A stretch of DNA of 61,030 nucleotides, filler included, from Porpidia crustulata (taxonomy: Eukaryota), in assembly GCA_964255105.1 (NCBI GenBank). It is 9 parts of 9 records of this genome, joined end to end, with 100 filler letters (N's around TTAATTAATTAA, not from the genome) between each part and the next. Parts side by side here need not be neighbours in the genome. Positions count along the whole stretch, not along the records: positions 20,418 to 27,111 come from CAXUWE010001476.1; positions 27,212 to 33,903 come from CAXUWE010001477.1; positions 34,004 to 40,688 come from CAXUWE010001478.1; 6 more parts are not named here. The stretch is one strand, 5' to 3'. The position numbers and the translations under genes were made by a program. Every line of letters begins with the position of its first letter. Position 1 is the first letter of the stretch. This document shows positions 24,268 to 36,837 of this stretch, in pieces. The notes below the pieces were generated by a model. That model ran no database searches. It saw only the letters and a program-made list of their open reading frames with translations, and was not told the DNA's origin.

Positions 24268-27111
24268 ATGACCGCTGATCTGACAGAGAACATGACGGAG
24301 AAGACTTCTTCTGTAAGTCTTTCGAGGAGTTGGACAGAAGACGGGGATTTTCGAAGTGTCCTCAGCTCGCCTTTGGCATACACTTTGCTGCGGATGGAAG
24401 ATATAGAATCTGATGATTTCGCCAACAACAGAAAATTGATAAATCCTGAGAATGATTGGTCCGAGTTTATTTCACGACAATCAGACATTTTGCTCGAAGA
24501 CTCAAAAGCAAACAATAATTCATTCCTACCAGAGGAGCTATACTTAGTCGGAACTGCGGCACTCGGTGCATTTCTACAGGCAAATGTGACGGGTCCGCCA
24601 CTACCTTGGTTGTCAGCCAATATAATATTCCCCCAAAAATTGGGTCTCGGAGCTGATGACTTGAGGAAGTTGCGTAGAAGGCTAATCGCTAGCCTAAGCG
24701 TAGACGGAGAGTCTGCTTATCGTCTAACACCTAATGTAGAGCTTTTCTGTCTTGCAAAATGTCTACTGAACAATACAATAATCATCCAAGAAGACGACGA
24801 ACGGGTATGGGAAAGATTGAGGGTGAATTTTTGGCATCAGCGAATGCTGAGTGGGAGTGCTGTTGGCTTACAGAAAAGAATTTACGCAGATCTAGATTAT
24901 CTTGGCTTCAAGTTGTCGGCTAAGAAACCTCTATCAAGAGCTAATTTCATGCTAGAGCGTGCGAATATACACATTTACTATGGCTTTGATAGCAAGGCAA
25001 GAGAAGATCTACTTTATGCAGCTGAGCTCAGAAGATTCGACTTCGCTCTCACTGGAAGACTGGGGAAAAAGACAAAATTTCAAGAGAGAGAGTTGAGCCA
25101 ACTGGTCGTTCTAGCCAAAAGCGCCGAGGATGGAGTAGCACGAAATGATTTTAGGAAGGCCGAGGTTCCCTATGGTACGGCGAAAGACTCGGCTGGTGAG
25201 ACTACAACGCCTGCAACAAAACCACAGGACCTAAATCTGAACGATGATACTTTACTTGAGAAAATCTCGTTCTCTAGATCTACTGCAGAATCATTAGCTT
25301 ACCAAGAGGAAAAAGATTTACCCGCTTCACTCACAACTTTGGATGCTAATAGACAGCCAACATTGCAGCCACTAGATTCCATCATTCTGTTAGCTCTTGC
25401 ATCTTCCATCACCAATACCTCTCCTCAAGATGGTATAACACGTGAAGAGACCCTTCCATATGCCACTAGGGTACTGTCAGGAGGTAGCACGAATTGGCAG
25501 ATTTACACTCAAGCATTACTAGTCCGAAGTCGTCTAGAAGGTTACAGGTCTCGAACTGTGGAACGAGGAGTGTTGCAGCTCCAAGCGGTTGTGGACCAGA
25601 TCATTGCAGACACCACCCCTACTGAATTTCAGGGACTGGAACCTTCTATCGAGCCTTCTACCACTAGTACCTTCCTTTCAAAGCCCAAGGAATCGGAATC
25701 AGCATTAGTGTCTGAACGCTTACTTTACGTCCACCAACTTGCTTCTCCCACGCGCTGGGAGCTCGAAGCAGAACTTGCGAGTCGATGGGTTGCTCTCGGC
25801 GGCCTAAGAACAGCATTGGAAATTTATCAGCGATTGGAGATGTGGGCAGAAGCCGCCCTGTGCTGGGCAGCGAATGATCGAGAGGACAAGGCTCGAAGCA
25901 TTGTTCGTCGACAGCTCTTCTTTCATCAGTCAAATACTCCAGAAGAAGACTACAGTAGCGCTGTATCCGTTCTGGACGAGGAAGATGGAGCGGAGCTTGA
26001 TCCGCTACCTGTCGATGCTCCTCGCCTATTTTGTATTCTTGGGGATCTGGAAAAGAATCCAGCTGCCTACGAGCGTGCATGGGAGGTTTCCAAAAATCGA
26101 TATGCACGAGCACAGCGTTCGCTCGGCAAGCATTGGTTTGCGCATGGGAAACTGATAGAGGCCGATGAAGCTTACGTGAAAGCCGTAAGAGTAAATCCGC
26201 AGAACCATTCTACGTGGTTCGCACTTGGCTGCGTCAGACTACAGCTGGAAGACTGGTCTGGGGCTGTTGATGCGTTCGGGAGGGCCGTGCAGATAGAAGA
26301 TCAAGATGCGGAGTCCTGGAGTAATCTCGCCGCTGCATTGATCAGGCTACCTGAAGTCTCTCTCAATTCACATGACACCGAAAACTCAACATCAGAGGCA
26401 AATGGAAACTTGCCAACTCACAACGAATTGGACATCCCTCTGGTAGACCCTGAAAAGCGCACCCGTGAAGCTTACGTTGCCCTTAAACGCGCCGCAGCCC
26501 TAAAAGGAGACTCCTACCGCATCTGGCAGAATCTCCTCAACGTTTCGGTTAGACTCTCACCGCCACCATACACCGATATCATTATCGCCCAAACCCGTCT
26601 CATCGACTTCAGAAGCAAGAAAGAAGGTGAAGGATGCGTAGATGTCGACGTCGTCGAAAGCTTACTAGCTCACCTGCTTGATTCTTCTCCCGAACGTAGT
26701 AAAATTACCGAGACCCTAGAGAATCATACGTCTCCAGAACCCAGTATTAGAAGACCTGGATTTGAGAGAATGACGATTGATCTAATCCAAAAACGCATAA
26801 CGCCCTTGATCACCACCTCCCGCCGCCTCTGGCTTCTCTCCGCCAAACTCTCCATCTACCTCAGACATCCGTCCGCCGCCCTCTCCACGTACGAAAAAGC
26901 TTGGCGCGTCACACTCAACAAACCCGGGTGGGAAAACGGCAGCAAGGAAGCAGGACCGCTGTGGAAGGAAGTGGTGGAGGCGACGATTGAGCTTGTGGAT
27001 GCTTACGAGAGCTTGGGGGAAAGGAAGAGGGAAGGAGGGCTGGGGGAGGGCGAATCAGTTTGCAAGGAGTGGCGGTTCAAAGGGAGGAGTGCGATCAGGA
27101 GCGTGGTAGGG
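24268..27111 (+). CDS. EMW1: TPR protein Emw1/TTC27 family, 3'-truncated; start codon uncertain
   Basis: AFLQANVTGP, LTGRLGKKTKFQ..QLVVLAKS, LNDDTLLE, NWQIYTQALLVRSRLE, RLFCILGD, RYARAQRSLG, TPRs, ESWSNLAAA, RIWQN. Confidence 0.85.
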
Positions 27112-27211
27112 NNNNNNNNNNNNNNNNNNNNNNNNNNNNNNNNNNNNNNNNNNNNTTAATTAATTAANNNNNNNNNNNNNNNNNNNNNNNNNNNNNNNNN
27201 NNNNNNNNNNN
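27112..27211. other. Artificial contig spacer
   Basis: N44-TTAATTAATTAA-N44. Confidence 0.99.
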
Positions 27212-29693
27212 GTCGGGGGCTAGGAGGAGGTTGTCCAGATGGCGGTCTCCGACGCCGAGTAGGTATGTGATGACGCAGTAGCCGGCACAGCTTTTCACAA
27301 AGGTGTCCATTGTTTCTTTGCGCACGCCCAGAGGTTCTTTATCGTCAGGGTTATTGGCTTTCAGGTACGCGAGAATGCTGCCTTTGTACTTTGCTGAGGC
27401 GGCGGCTAAGCTCATGGATGGGACGAATTGTACGGCTCCGGCGTTAGAGCTGGTGGCAAGAATACGATAAGGCGATAGCTTGAGATCGAGGTTTTCTTTG
27501 CGAAGAAGACGGTCCATGAGAGAGATGATTTGAATCACCAGTTGGTCTTGACGAAGATCGTCGCCAGTCTTGAAGATTATGGGGTACTTCTTGGCATCGG
27601 AGGTCTTGAAATGGATAAGGAGGGGATAGAGAGAAGACTTGAAAACCAAGGATTCGTCTGGATAACAGCCTATGATTGAGACACTAGGGTCGAGAGGTAG
27701 TGGTAGGGGTGGATCAAATGTCAGCAGCTCGTTCTTGGGATCTGCCAAGTACTTCTTCAGCCGCTGTAGCTTTCGAGGCCGATCTTCGCGCGAGAAGCGG
27801 ATCTCCTTGGAAATTTTCGAAAGAACCGTAATAAGCTCTCCTTGACGCAACAGAGTCTTTCGGCGTTCCGGCCCGTCTGGAGCTTGCATGAGCTCAGTCA
27901 TGAAATCGAACTCAATTTTAGCAAAGAGCTTGCGGTTTTCTTTCGCTTGGTCTGGACTTCTGTCATCGCACTCAACCATCAGGTACCAATGCAGGTAGTT
28001 GCCGAGCATGAGATTGTTCGTAGCTCGACTTATGAGGAATCGAGCTAACGACGAGTCGCGAGTGCCATCGCTTTCAGTTTCTGGAGATATCCTCTCAAAT
28101 TTAAGTGCTTGTACAAGTTGGAGTAAGTACAACAGGAGTTCTTCATCATCCGACTCCCGCAAGCGATCGACTGCGTAAGCTCGGACGGCCTGGTTGTCGA
28201 ATGTTGGACCAAGAAGCTCTAGAGCATCATCCACATCAATCTCAGTCCATTTCGGTAGGATCTGAACAGCCTGTCGTGCCTCATTATGATCCTGCCAGGC
28301 CACTGATTTGACAAACTTAGTCAATGCCCGCTTATCGCGCGTCAGATGGTGACGAAATTTCCATACTAGATCCTTCTCTTCGGCATTTAATTCTTGTGTC
28401 GGACCATAGGACACAATAGTGTTAAGTTCGTCTCTGATCTTAGCATTTGGCTTAAGATCTCGGTCTAAGACGCCAGTGCGATGGCTTCTTACCAATCGTC
28501 TGTGTTTACTTTCTGCCGGATTGTCCTTTGCTCCGACTTCGGGATCATAGATTCTGATCAGTGGTGGAGCGTTTTCGTCGTCCTCTCCATCTCCATATCC
28601 GGTTCCGTTGATACCCGGTCCAAGTTGTACTTCGGGTGGTGGCTTTAAGTTGACATTTCCACTGACTGCTGCGCCTTGCATTTGAGATGAGATTGGCGGT
28701 GGAGCATATTCGTGGTCTGTGAATACAATGGGATGATCGAAGCGTGGAAAATCGATATTTAGGTGGAACCTCTCATCACCTTCATCTTCCGTTGCTGGGT
28801 CTATTTTGGCATCCTTTCCAGGGTCCAAAAACGTCGAATTATTGACGCCAGCAGAATTTTTGTTTTCAAACTCAGGTCGCTGCCGCGTTGCTTTCCAGGA
28901 ATGCTTCGCTGCAGCTTCAACTTCCAGCCTTTTCTTCTCTACCGCTTTGAAAACGAGCTGGTCCAACCAGTCGACCCGCGGTATCTCGCCCATTTCGTGC
29001 TTCTTGAAAAGTCCCTCTAACCTTTCGAGCTCCTCCTCCTCTGCTGTCATGGCATGGCTTTTTGTGCCATCTCCTCGTTTCCTTTGAGGGGCCGGGACTG
29101 CGGGAGTTGTAGTAGATGAAAACCCATCTGCTGCTTTCTGCCGATACACTCGACATTTCTGCCTACCCTTCTGCAACGTGTTGTCCTTGTCAAATAGTGG
29201 TATGGTAGTGCCTCCAAACGGGATCGCATGACCTCTGGCGCCGGCCCCTCCCGTAGGCGACAGATCCCATATTGTTATCGCAAGTTGGGAGCTTAGAGGC
29301 AGGGTTGAAATGGTGATTGGAAGTTCCAACCATTCATTCCAAATGCGCGCATTCTTGAAAGCCCGGTAAGCCGTCTGAAGTGGCACCGTTAAGGGCTTCG
29401 AGTCTGCCCATAATTGCACAGTGACATAAAGATCAGAACAAAGACTGGAGCTTCATTAGAAGGAATTCTTCCAATAAGGATATACTTATCAGTGCACCTC
29501 GTGTTGGAGCCTATATGCCTTAAATCGGGTCTTCGCAGTAAAGTTGAGAAGGGTGGAGGGTTATGCTGCCCTTCTAAGCTGCCACTGTTCTCTATTAGTA
29601 GCCTGCATTGCAAAGGCTTCTTCCGGGAACACACATTTTGACACTGACAGGATAGTCAAGGGCACTGGAGTTTGCAAAGGAATACTCTTCCAT
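27212..29693 (-). CDS. VPS34: Class III phosphatidylinositol 3-kinase, 3'-truncated; introns 29585-29634, 29445-29497
   Basis: C2 domain (SDLYVTVQLWADSKPL), helical domain (LLLYLLQLVQALKFE), kinase motifs FKTGDDLRQDQL and SCAGYCVITYLLGVGDRHLDN. Confidence 0.96.
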
Positions 29694-30134
29694 AGCTTCT
29701 GTCCACCATTGTGAGATTCGCTTTCAAAGGCTGCTAGGTTACAAGGAATCAGATAAATAATGGTACTGACCGAGTAAGTGCCCGCGGTACGCAATGTTGG
29801 CATTTTCAACAACCCCTCGAACCTCGGCTCTACACTAGTGACTAGCTCGGGTAAAGTACTGAAACTTTCCCGAAGGCCAGGAGACGAGTGCACGGACCAC
29901 CGCGTATATTGATCAGTTGCAAACGTGTGAGTAGGAACAAGGCGCAGTACACAAAATTCGACTTTATTCTATGGAATATCCAGACCTTCAGTATGGTCAT
30001 CAGTTGTTTCATTGCAGCAAATGAGTAAAGAGTGCTGACTTCAAGCAGGTAAATTGTGAGTATACCACGCAAACTTGGACGCGCTTTCCTCAAAGCAAAC
30101 GAGATAGCCTTCACTCCAATAACCGATAGTCACC

Positions 30135-31706
30135 ATGGCACGCCGGGCACGGCTTTCTACGCCTCGCAGACAGGACGAGAATGAGGAGGAAGTAGAATCT
30201 AGTATCAATACCGCGCGAAGAAGGACAAGGCCCGTATCCAATGTAGCCTCGTTATCACCATCTCCAATTGCATCTTTTTCTTCAGACAAAGAGAATCGAG
30301 CGACTACGACGGAAACAGGGCGCGCAAACCATAGGAAATCGAGAGCCATGCCATCACCAAAGTTATCCACCCCTACATCTGCTGAGCCCGCAACACCACG
30401 AGCAAGTAAGAGAAGAAAACTAAGCGAATGTGATGTTCCAAATGCAAGTCAAATAGCATATCAGAAAGAACTGAAGGCGATTGAGAACAAGGCGCGCTAT
30501 GATCCTGAACAAAATATGGATGAGCGGAGGGAAATCCGGAAGGAATTAAGAGACCTCTCAAGGGAATTGAATGGCAGGTCATATCCTGGATTTGGATTGG
30601 GGATGGCTGGAAGCTAACAAAGTCACTCTAGACTCACGCGCTGAGTACCTAGCTCCCAATTCTAATGGTTTAATCAGAACACTTAACAAAGCCAACGACA
30701 TATTTATTTCGGTCAAGCAAACGTCGGACGCAACTTTAGATTCGCGACTTCTGGTTTCCACAGCTGACCTCTCTGCTAAGAGAACCACGCAATTGAACCT
30801 CGGCGACGCGACACAAGGTATTGACGTTGATGATTTTGTAGGGAAATGCATTACGTTCATGCGCCGTGGCCCAGCAGGTAGCAATACCCAAGCAGCATCA
30901 CGTAGGGCGCGTAGAAGAGATCAAACCGATAGAGACATCAGCGATGCAGAAGATAGTGCAGACGAGGGAGATGCTTTCAATTGGGACTGGCTGGGTCGTC
31001 AAGCCTGTTTTCCCAATAATGTGCGACCCCCTGTTCCCGGTTTCTTACTTGGACCTCTCTCTGTGCAAAAAAGGATACGCAAGCAAACGCAACGTCGAGA
31101 ACGACTTCAGAAGCGAGATCCCAAGGATGCTATACATCCAGAGGAGCTCAAGGCCAAAGACTTGGAAAAGGTCGAAAATTCGAATCTGACTACCTTGTGT
31201 AAAAACATCCGAGATCTTCTAGTTCGCCAGATGGATGAAGGATCGAAAAGAGTGGAACGCGAAGTCGACGATGACATGACAGAAGAGGATATCAAGGAAC
31301 TGATGAGGAAACATGGCATTGCCGACGATGCTGGTGTCCCGCTTTTCCATTTTGTTATCAATCCACATTCGTTTGGTCAGACGGTAGAGAACTTATTTTA
31401 CGTAAGCTTCCTGATCAGGGACGGAACTGCCGCGATTGGTAGCGACAGCAGCAAACTACCAACTCTCCGTAAGTTTCATGTTGCAATAACATCAAACCCG
31501 CCATTAATGATTATGCAGACGCCACAAAACCACGGAGTGCGAATGAGATCAAAGAACAGAGCATTCATAAACATCAAGCGGTATTCCACCTCGACTTCCA
31601 AACTTGGGAAGACCTCATCGAGACTTTTGATATTAAGACGAGTATAATCCCACATCGGCAGTCCACGGAGGAGACCCAAGTCAGTGCTTCGGGATGGTAC
31701 GGTTGA
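30135..31706 (+). CDS. NSE4: Smc5/6 kleisin Nse4; introns 30574-30631 (GC-AG) and 31469-31518
   Basis: VKQTSDATLDSRLLV, FLLGPLSVQKR, FVINPHSFGQTVENLFYVSFLIRDG, C-terminal KHQAVFHLDFQTWEDLIETFDIKTSIIPHR. Confidence 0.92.
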
Positions 31707-32873
31707 TTCTTAAATGCGGTTTTTAAGATGCGAACTTCACTTCTGTCAATACTTTAGATTGTTGGAAATCTTGTGCTATATGAGGGGTCTTTTTCTTTCT
31801 GTTTACTTTTGTCATCACAATTATGAGCTGTCGCTTGCTTCTAAGAGCAGCATCTCACACATCGGCGTGGCGGTACATGCTTTTCGAGCATGATTCAGTA
31901 TCTTGCAATCCCACAGTCGCCTGGGTGTTGCATCAAATTCACTGACCGACTTGCTATGGCATCCTTGGTCTGTGTGAGTCTGCACGTCAGCAAATCCCAA
32001 CCCATTAGGATCATCAATTCGCTGCTGGCTCAAGTCACAGACTCCAACTCTAAATGAGCCAATTTGAGTAGCGTCATTGTCGCGAGTCGAGGTTGCCTCT
32101 GCAGGGGAATCCTTGACTGATAGCAAGCTACCCTGACAGATTCACTGCGCACGAATGAATGCAGCTGACCTCAAAGCAGCTAAAAACAAGTCGTATATTA
32201 TGAATAGAATAAGTGCGCGAACTTGGACGAGAGTCAGGATGAGTTCTAAGGCTTGGAATACTTCGAATCTCTAACAGTACAAACCTTCGGCTCTATCTTA
32301 GACCCGTGGATGAAACATGCGAGGTGTTCAACAGGTTCAAAGTGATAACCATTGGACCGCTTGGATTTTGCAACGCATCCCACAGCGGCCCGAAGTAGAC
32401 CGTCTTTTATAATCCCTTAGTGTCCCTGTTACTACTAGATTAGGAACACACATGGATGCGAGTTCGATAGTAGCCTGCCTGTATAGCGATATCACTGGAT
32501 GAAACCTCCATCGTCCTGGCTTATGCAAGTTGACACGGGACAACCTTATTTGCACCGCTCACCTTCTCTCTCCCACCACCATCATCGATCCATCACCACC
32601 CATCAGCCCGTCCGCAATCTTCGCGACAGGGCATGCATTGGGCCCGAGTTCTAGACGGTGTCAAGTTCATAAAGTATCATCTTAGGTATCATCTTAGGCG
32701 TGGTGATATGGACGCGGCTGCTAATGACCGCTTTGGGGGCCGATCGTACTGGGAGCATGGGTGAGACCCTATTCACCAAGAGAAGAATGAAGACACCCTT
32801 TCAATTACTTAAGTCAATGAGCCTGCTGTTCTGATGCGGTTGTTTGCTACGTCTTTTCCGCGACAGTCCCACA

Positions 32874-33903
32874 ATGGCTGAACCTCTCCCATCTCATTTT
32901 GATGCCCGTGGCTACCCGTTCCTGGTCTCAACCCAGCAATTCTACGCCGTCGTCTGGCTGGGCACTGCACTTGCTGCGTCCTTGACCGTTTTGCGGACCC
33001 ATCTTCAATATAAACACAATGAAGTCTTGTACATGAATGACTACCTTATCTGTCTTGCCCTTCTATTTCAGGTCGTGCTTAGCATCTTATTCACCGTCTT
33101 TGCGCCAGCCATGTACGAAGTTGTCGCAGTTGCCGCCTTTGGCGCAATGCCGACTGTTTTCTATGGACACGACTATGTGCAATTCGTAAAATTCAGTTTC
33201 GCAGCTGACGCGATCTTCTTAACGGCGGCGTGGACGGTCAAGCTTGCGCTCCTTGCCTTTTTCTGGAGGCTGTTGAAGTCGGTACGCACTAAGGCTCGAG
33301 TACTTTGGTGGATCATGGGTAGTTTTACCGTTGGGACGTGGATTGTGTCATTATTTATGCAGAATTTGGCTTGCCGTCCTTTGGGGGAAACGTTCATTCC
33401 AGGTTGACATCCATGACAGGACAAGAAGCAGAAGCTTGGACTGACAGTGTGTTTCAGGTGGGTGCAAGACGCCTGAGAGCGTATCAAACTCGTACAACGC
33501 ATTCGTTTTCACTAATATTATGGACATCTTCACGGATTTTTTCAGTAAGTTGAACGATCATTGCGATGTGTGATTTGCTGACCGGAAATCGTCAGTAATG
33601 ATCATTCCCTTTGCGCTTCTCTTCAGACTACAGATCTCAAAGCGCAAGAAATACATCCTGATTGCAATATTCTTATTCCCTATGGTCGTTATTATCTTCG
33701 CTAGTCTACGCCTTAGCCTTCTTGCCAAAAAGTTCCATCCTCTGAGCGACTGGGTCGATCCGATTCTACTCTCTCTGTTTTCGACCTTGGAAATATCTAC
33801 AGGTAAGTTCCAGAGGATGCTAAGCCTTCATGATAGTATAAGACCTACATTCTACAACAGTACACTAACAGTCAACCTCACAGCAATCATAGCAGCATGC
33901 CTC
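32874..33903 (+). CDS. PTH11-like fungal rhodopsin-domain membrane protein, 3'-truncated; introns 33403-33457, 33545-33595, 33803-33883
   Basis: Several TM segments; NDYLICLA, WTVKLALLAFFWRL, ACRP, DIFTDFF|IMIIPF..L.RLQISKRKK, EIST|AIIAACL; no CFEM domain seen. Confidence 0.85.
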
Positions 33904-34003
33904 NNNNNNNNNNNNNNNNNNNNNNNNNNNNNNNNNNNNNNNNNNNNTTAATTAATTAANNNNNNNNNNNNNNNNNNNNNNNNNNNNNNNNNNNNNNNNN
34001 NNN
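33904..34003. other. Artificial contig spacer
   Basis: N44-TTAATTAATTAA-N44. Confidence 0.99.
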
Positions 34004-34193
34004 GGTTTTGGTGTAGTGGGATGGGGGGGACAAGAGGGGGGGCTGGTGATATCGTTGCTGTTATGTTGATGATGGATCTGACTCTTGATATTCCAACAGC
34101 ATGGCAGTCTCGATGAACATATCAATCAGGATGAGTCGCATCTCTTTGTGACTTGACTTTACATCTTTATTATATAACACGAGTCCCGCACCC

Positions 34194-35468
34194 CTACAAT
34201 ATCCTCCTCGTCAAAAACGTCATCGCCCCCACACACAACGCCCTCACCCCCGTCCGCAGCGTCGGCTGCACCACCGGCGCGAAAAACGGACTATGATTCA
34301 CCGGTATATCCTCCATCAACCTGCCCTCCTTCTCCTTCTCGTCCCACGTCTCATGGTCGACGCCGCCGAAGAACCAGAAACTCGTGGGCCGGCCGACGGC
34401 GGAGCCTAGGATGGAGAAATCCTCCGAGCCGTTGACGCGGGGGGTGTCGGCGTCGAAGGAAGGGAAGACGGTGGCGAAGGAGGTGGCGAGTTGGGTGGTG
34501 ATTTCTTGGGAGTTGACGGTCATGGGGAAGGAGGAGGTTGGTTCGATGAGTGGGGGCTCGGGCGAGCCGCTGGCTTCGCACTCGGCTTTGATGATTCGGC
34601 GGATGGATGCGAGGACTTTCTCTCGCGTGACGGTGTTGATGGTCCGCACGTTCACTTTCAGCTCTGCCTTGTTGGTAATGATGTTCTCTGTCTGTCCGGC
34701 TTGTAACGCGCCGACGGTCACGACGGCCATGTCGCTTGGGTCTACCTCCCTGCTTACAATCGTCTGCAGCCGTAGCACTACGTTCGCAGCCAGCACCACG
34801 GGATCCACCGTGCGGTGCGGCATCGAGCCGTGCCCGCCACGTCCATACAACGTAATCTTGAAACTGTCGGCTGCAGCCATGATGGTGCCTTGTTTCGATC
34901 CCACATACCCTGCGCGGTCAGCCATGACGTGCTGGCCAAGGACAATATCCGGAATGGGGATTTTATCGTAGAGACCGTCATCGACCATTGCCTGAGCTCC
35001 ACCTCCACGTTCTTCGTTGGGCTGAAAAATGACAATCAAGGTGCCGCTCCACGCAAATTTGATGCGAGATAACTGCTCGGCAGCAGCGAGGAGACAGGTA
35101 ACGTGCATGTCATGGCCGCAGGCGTGCATGACCGGCTTTACGACATCATCAGAGTCACGCATGGTGACTTCGCTGGCGTAAGGGAGATTGGTTTTTTCTT
35201 CTACGGGCAGAGCGTCCATATCTGCGCGCAGCATGATGGTTTTGCCTTCGCCATTTCGCAGGACACCGGCAACGCCATGTCCGCCTATGTCAGTGTGAAT
35301 TTCGAAGCCGGCGTTGAGCTTGCGGAGGTGGGATGCGGCGGCTCTGGCGGTTTCGCGCTCTTGTAAGGAGAGTTCAGGGTGGGAGTGGAAGTGTTTGTAA
35401 AGGGCTTCGTAGAGGACGAGGTCGATGTCACTGATCTCCATGACTTTAAGGAGGGATTGTTGGGTCAT
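34194..35468 (-). CDS. M20D-family amidohydrolase (hippurate hydrolase/Acy1-like), intronless
   Basis: HSHPELSLQE, LRADMDALP, MHACGHD, FQPNEE, GGHGSMP, GSEDF, NHSPFF. Confidence 0.93.
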   Translation of the reverse strand: MTQQSLLKVMEISDIDLVLYEALYKHFHSHPELSLQERETARAAASHLRKLNAGFEIHTDIGGHGVAGVLRNGEGKTIMLRADMDALPVEEKTNLPYASEVTMRDSDDVVKPVMHACGHDMHVTCLLAAAEQLSRIKFAWSGTLIVIFQPNEERGGGAQAMVDDGLYDKIPIPDIVLGQHVMADRAGYVGSKQGTIMAAADSFKITLYGRGGHGSMPHRTVDPVVLAANVVLRLQTIVSREVDPSDMAVVTVGALQAGQTENIITNKAELKVNVRTINTVTREKVLASIRRIIKAECEASGSPEPPLIEPTSSFPMTVNSQEITTQLATSFATVFPSFDADTPRVNGSEDFSILGSAVGRPTSFWFFGGVDHETWDEKEKEGRLMEDIPVNHSPFFAPVVQPTLRTGVRALCVGAMTFLTRRIL

Positions 35469-35728
35469 ATTGGAGATGTGATGAATTGAAGCCTTTGTTT
35501 CTTCAACTGCTCTGCAATAAGATTTGCGGCTCTATTATCGCGTATGTTTTGGTTCATCGTGCTGATATAGATACCCCGCATTGGGCGCTGGTATTTTTGG
35601 CGACATCTTTGGCAAGCTTGGGTCATTACCTATTCTTGTGGATTATGGATAAGGACGCCTGGCGTTTGAGGTCTTCATCTAACACTGAACGGTCTGGATA
35701 TCCCAAGTCTATCATCTCGTGATCCGGT

Positions 35729-36466
35729 TCATCCTGCCTTGCGGAGCTTCTTGCGAGTTCTTCGCACTTCAAGCTCAATGTCTTTCATTTCTTTGACAAC
35801 GTTTGCTAGTTGAGGTATTGTTCCCGTAGTTGCACTCTTGAAAGCTACTTGAGACTGTCTTAAAGCTGGCGGCGATAGTATCCCGAACCAGTTTAAAGGA
35901 TCGCGAGGAGTTTGCTGAGTGTCAGGACTAGACCCTTTGATAGGCATCCTTGTACCATCTTCGGCGCCACTGGATATCTCTATAGGCTCCGATATACTCG
36001 AAATCCGACTATCGTCCTCCAGAATTTGAGTTGATAAGGGCTTATTGGGGGGAACAATGGAGAAAATTGGGGTCACCGTAGCTAGCGATCTATAGTATAG
36101 TCAATCTATGTAATTATCATAATTAGAGGCGCAAGCGAGTCACGATGTCGTACATATGAGTGGTAGCCTGCATTCTCTGGTCAAAGAAATCTTGACCGTA
36201 GCGATTGTGGTTCTGATTCGAGAAGTTGGCTTGTGCAAGACATATATAACCCTTGGTGGAAGTCAATAGGTAGTCTTTGAATCTTGTTGAACCGAATAAT
36301 TGCATACTTTGGACAGATCGCTGGAAAGATCTTGCTGTAGAGATTGATATTGATCCAAGAGGTACAAATATCTTTCCAGCAGGTCGTTAAGAGAGCGTGT
36401 AAGGAAATTCTTACTTTCCGACCCGCGACTGGATGGCTGCGGTGCTTCCTCACCTACACCTTCCAT
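35729..36466 (-). CDS. VMA22: V-ATPase assembly factor Vma22/CCDC115-like; introns 36252-36307, 36090-36153
   Basis: LNDLLERYLYLLDQYQSLQ...|GYICLAQANF...YGQDFFDQRMQA; C-terminal RDPLNWFGILSPPALRQSQ plus coiled coil. Confidence 0.8.
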
Positions 36467-36837
36467 GTTTGTAAGCTTCGTTTGGTTGCCACAATCATTC
36501 AGACAGAATCGAGTAGGATGCTGAGGCTGAGGCAAAGTTAGACTACAAAGATGGGCCTGGAAAGATATATCACAAGACTCAATACATCGTTCAGCTTGGT
36601 GTATGGGTAACAGGTTATGAAGCTAGTGTCGGCTTTATATAAATACCAAACTCTAGAAGGTATTCGTTCCTACCCCTCAACGGACTACACCAACGGGCAA
36701 CCTGACCTAGGGTTAGGGTTATATTACTGGTCTTGACCAAGATGGTCCGTTAGGGGTGGGATTGAGTAACCTACACTATATCTTTGGAAAGCACGGGGGT
36801 TGGTTCAGTACCATCATCACCAACAATTTGGATAACA

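Noticed and set aside
34351..34971. Long antisense or alternate-frame ORFs over GC-rich genes (also 7586-8098, 45966-46631, 60237-60737)
   Set aside because: Shadow ORFs caused by codon bias of the real genes
34194..35468. Intronless bacterial-looking M20D amidohydrolase as recent HGT or contamination
   Set aside because: It shares a contig with intron-containing fungal genes and the family is common in filamentous ascomycetes; no evidence without a phylogeny
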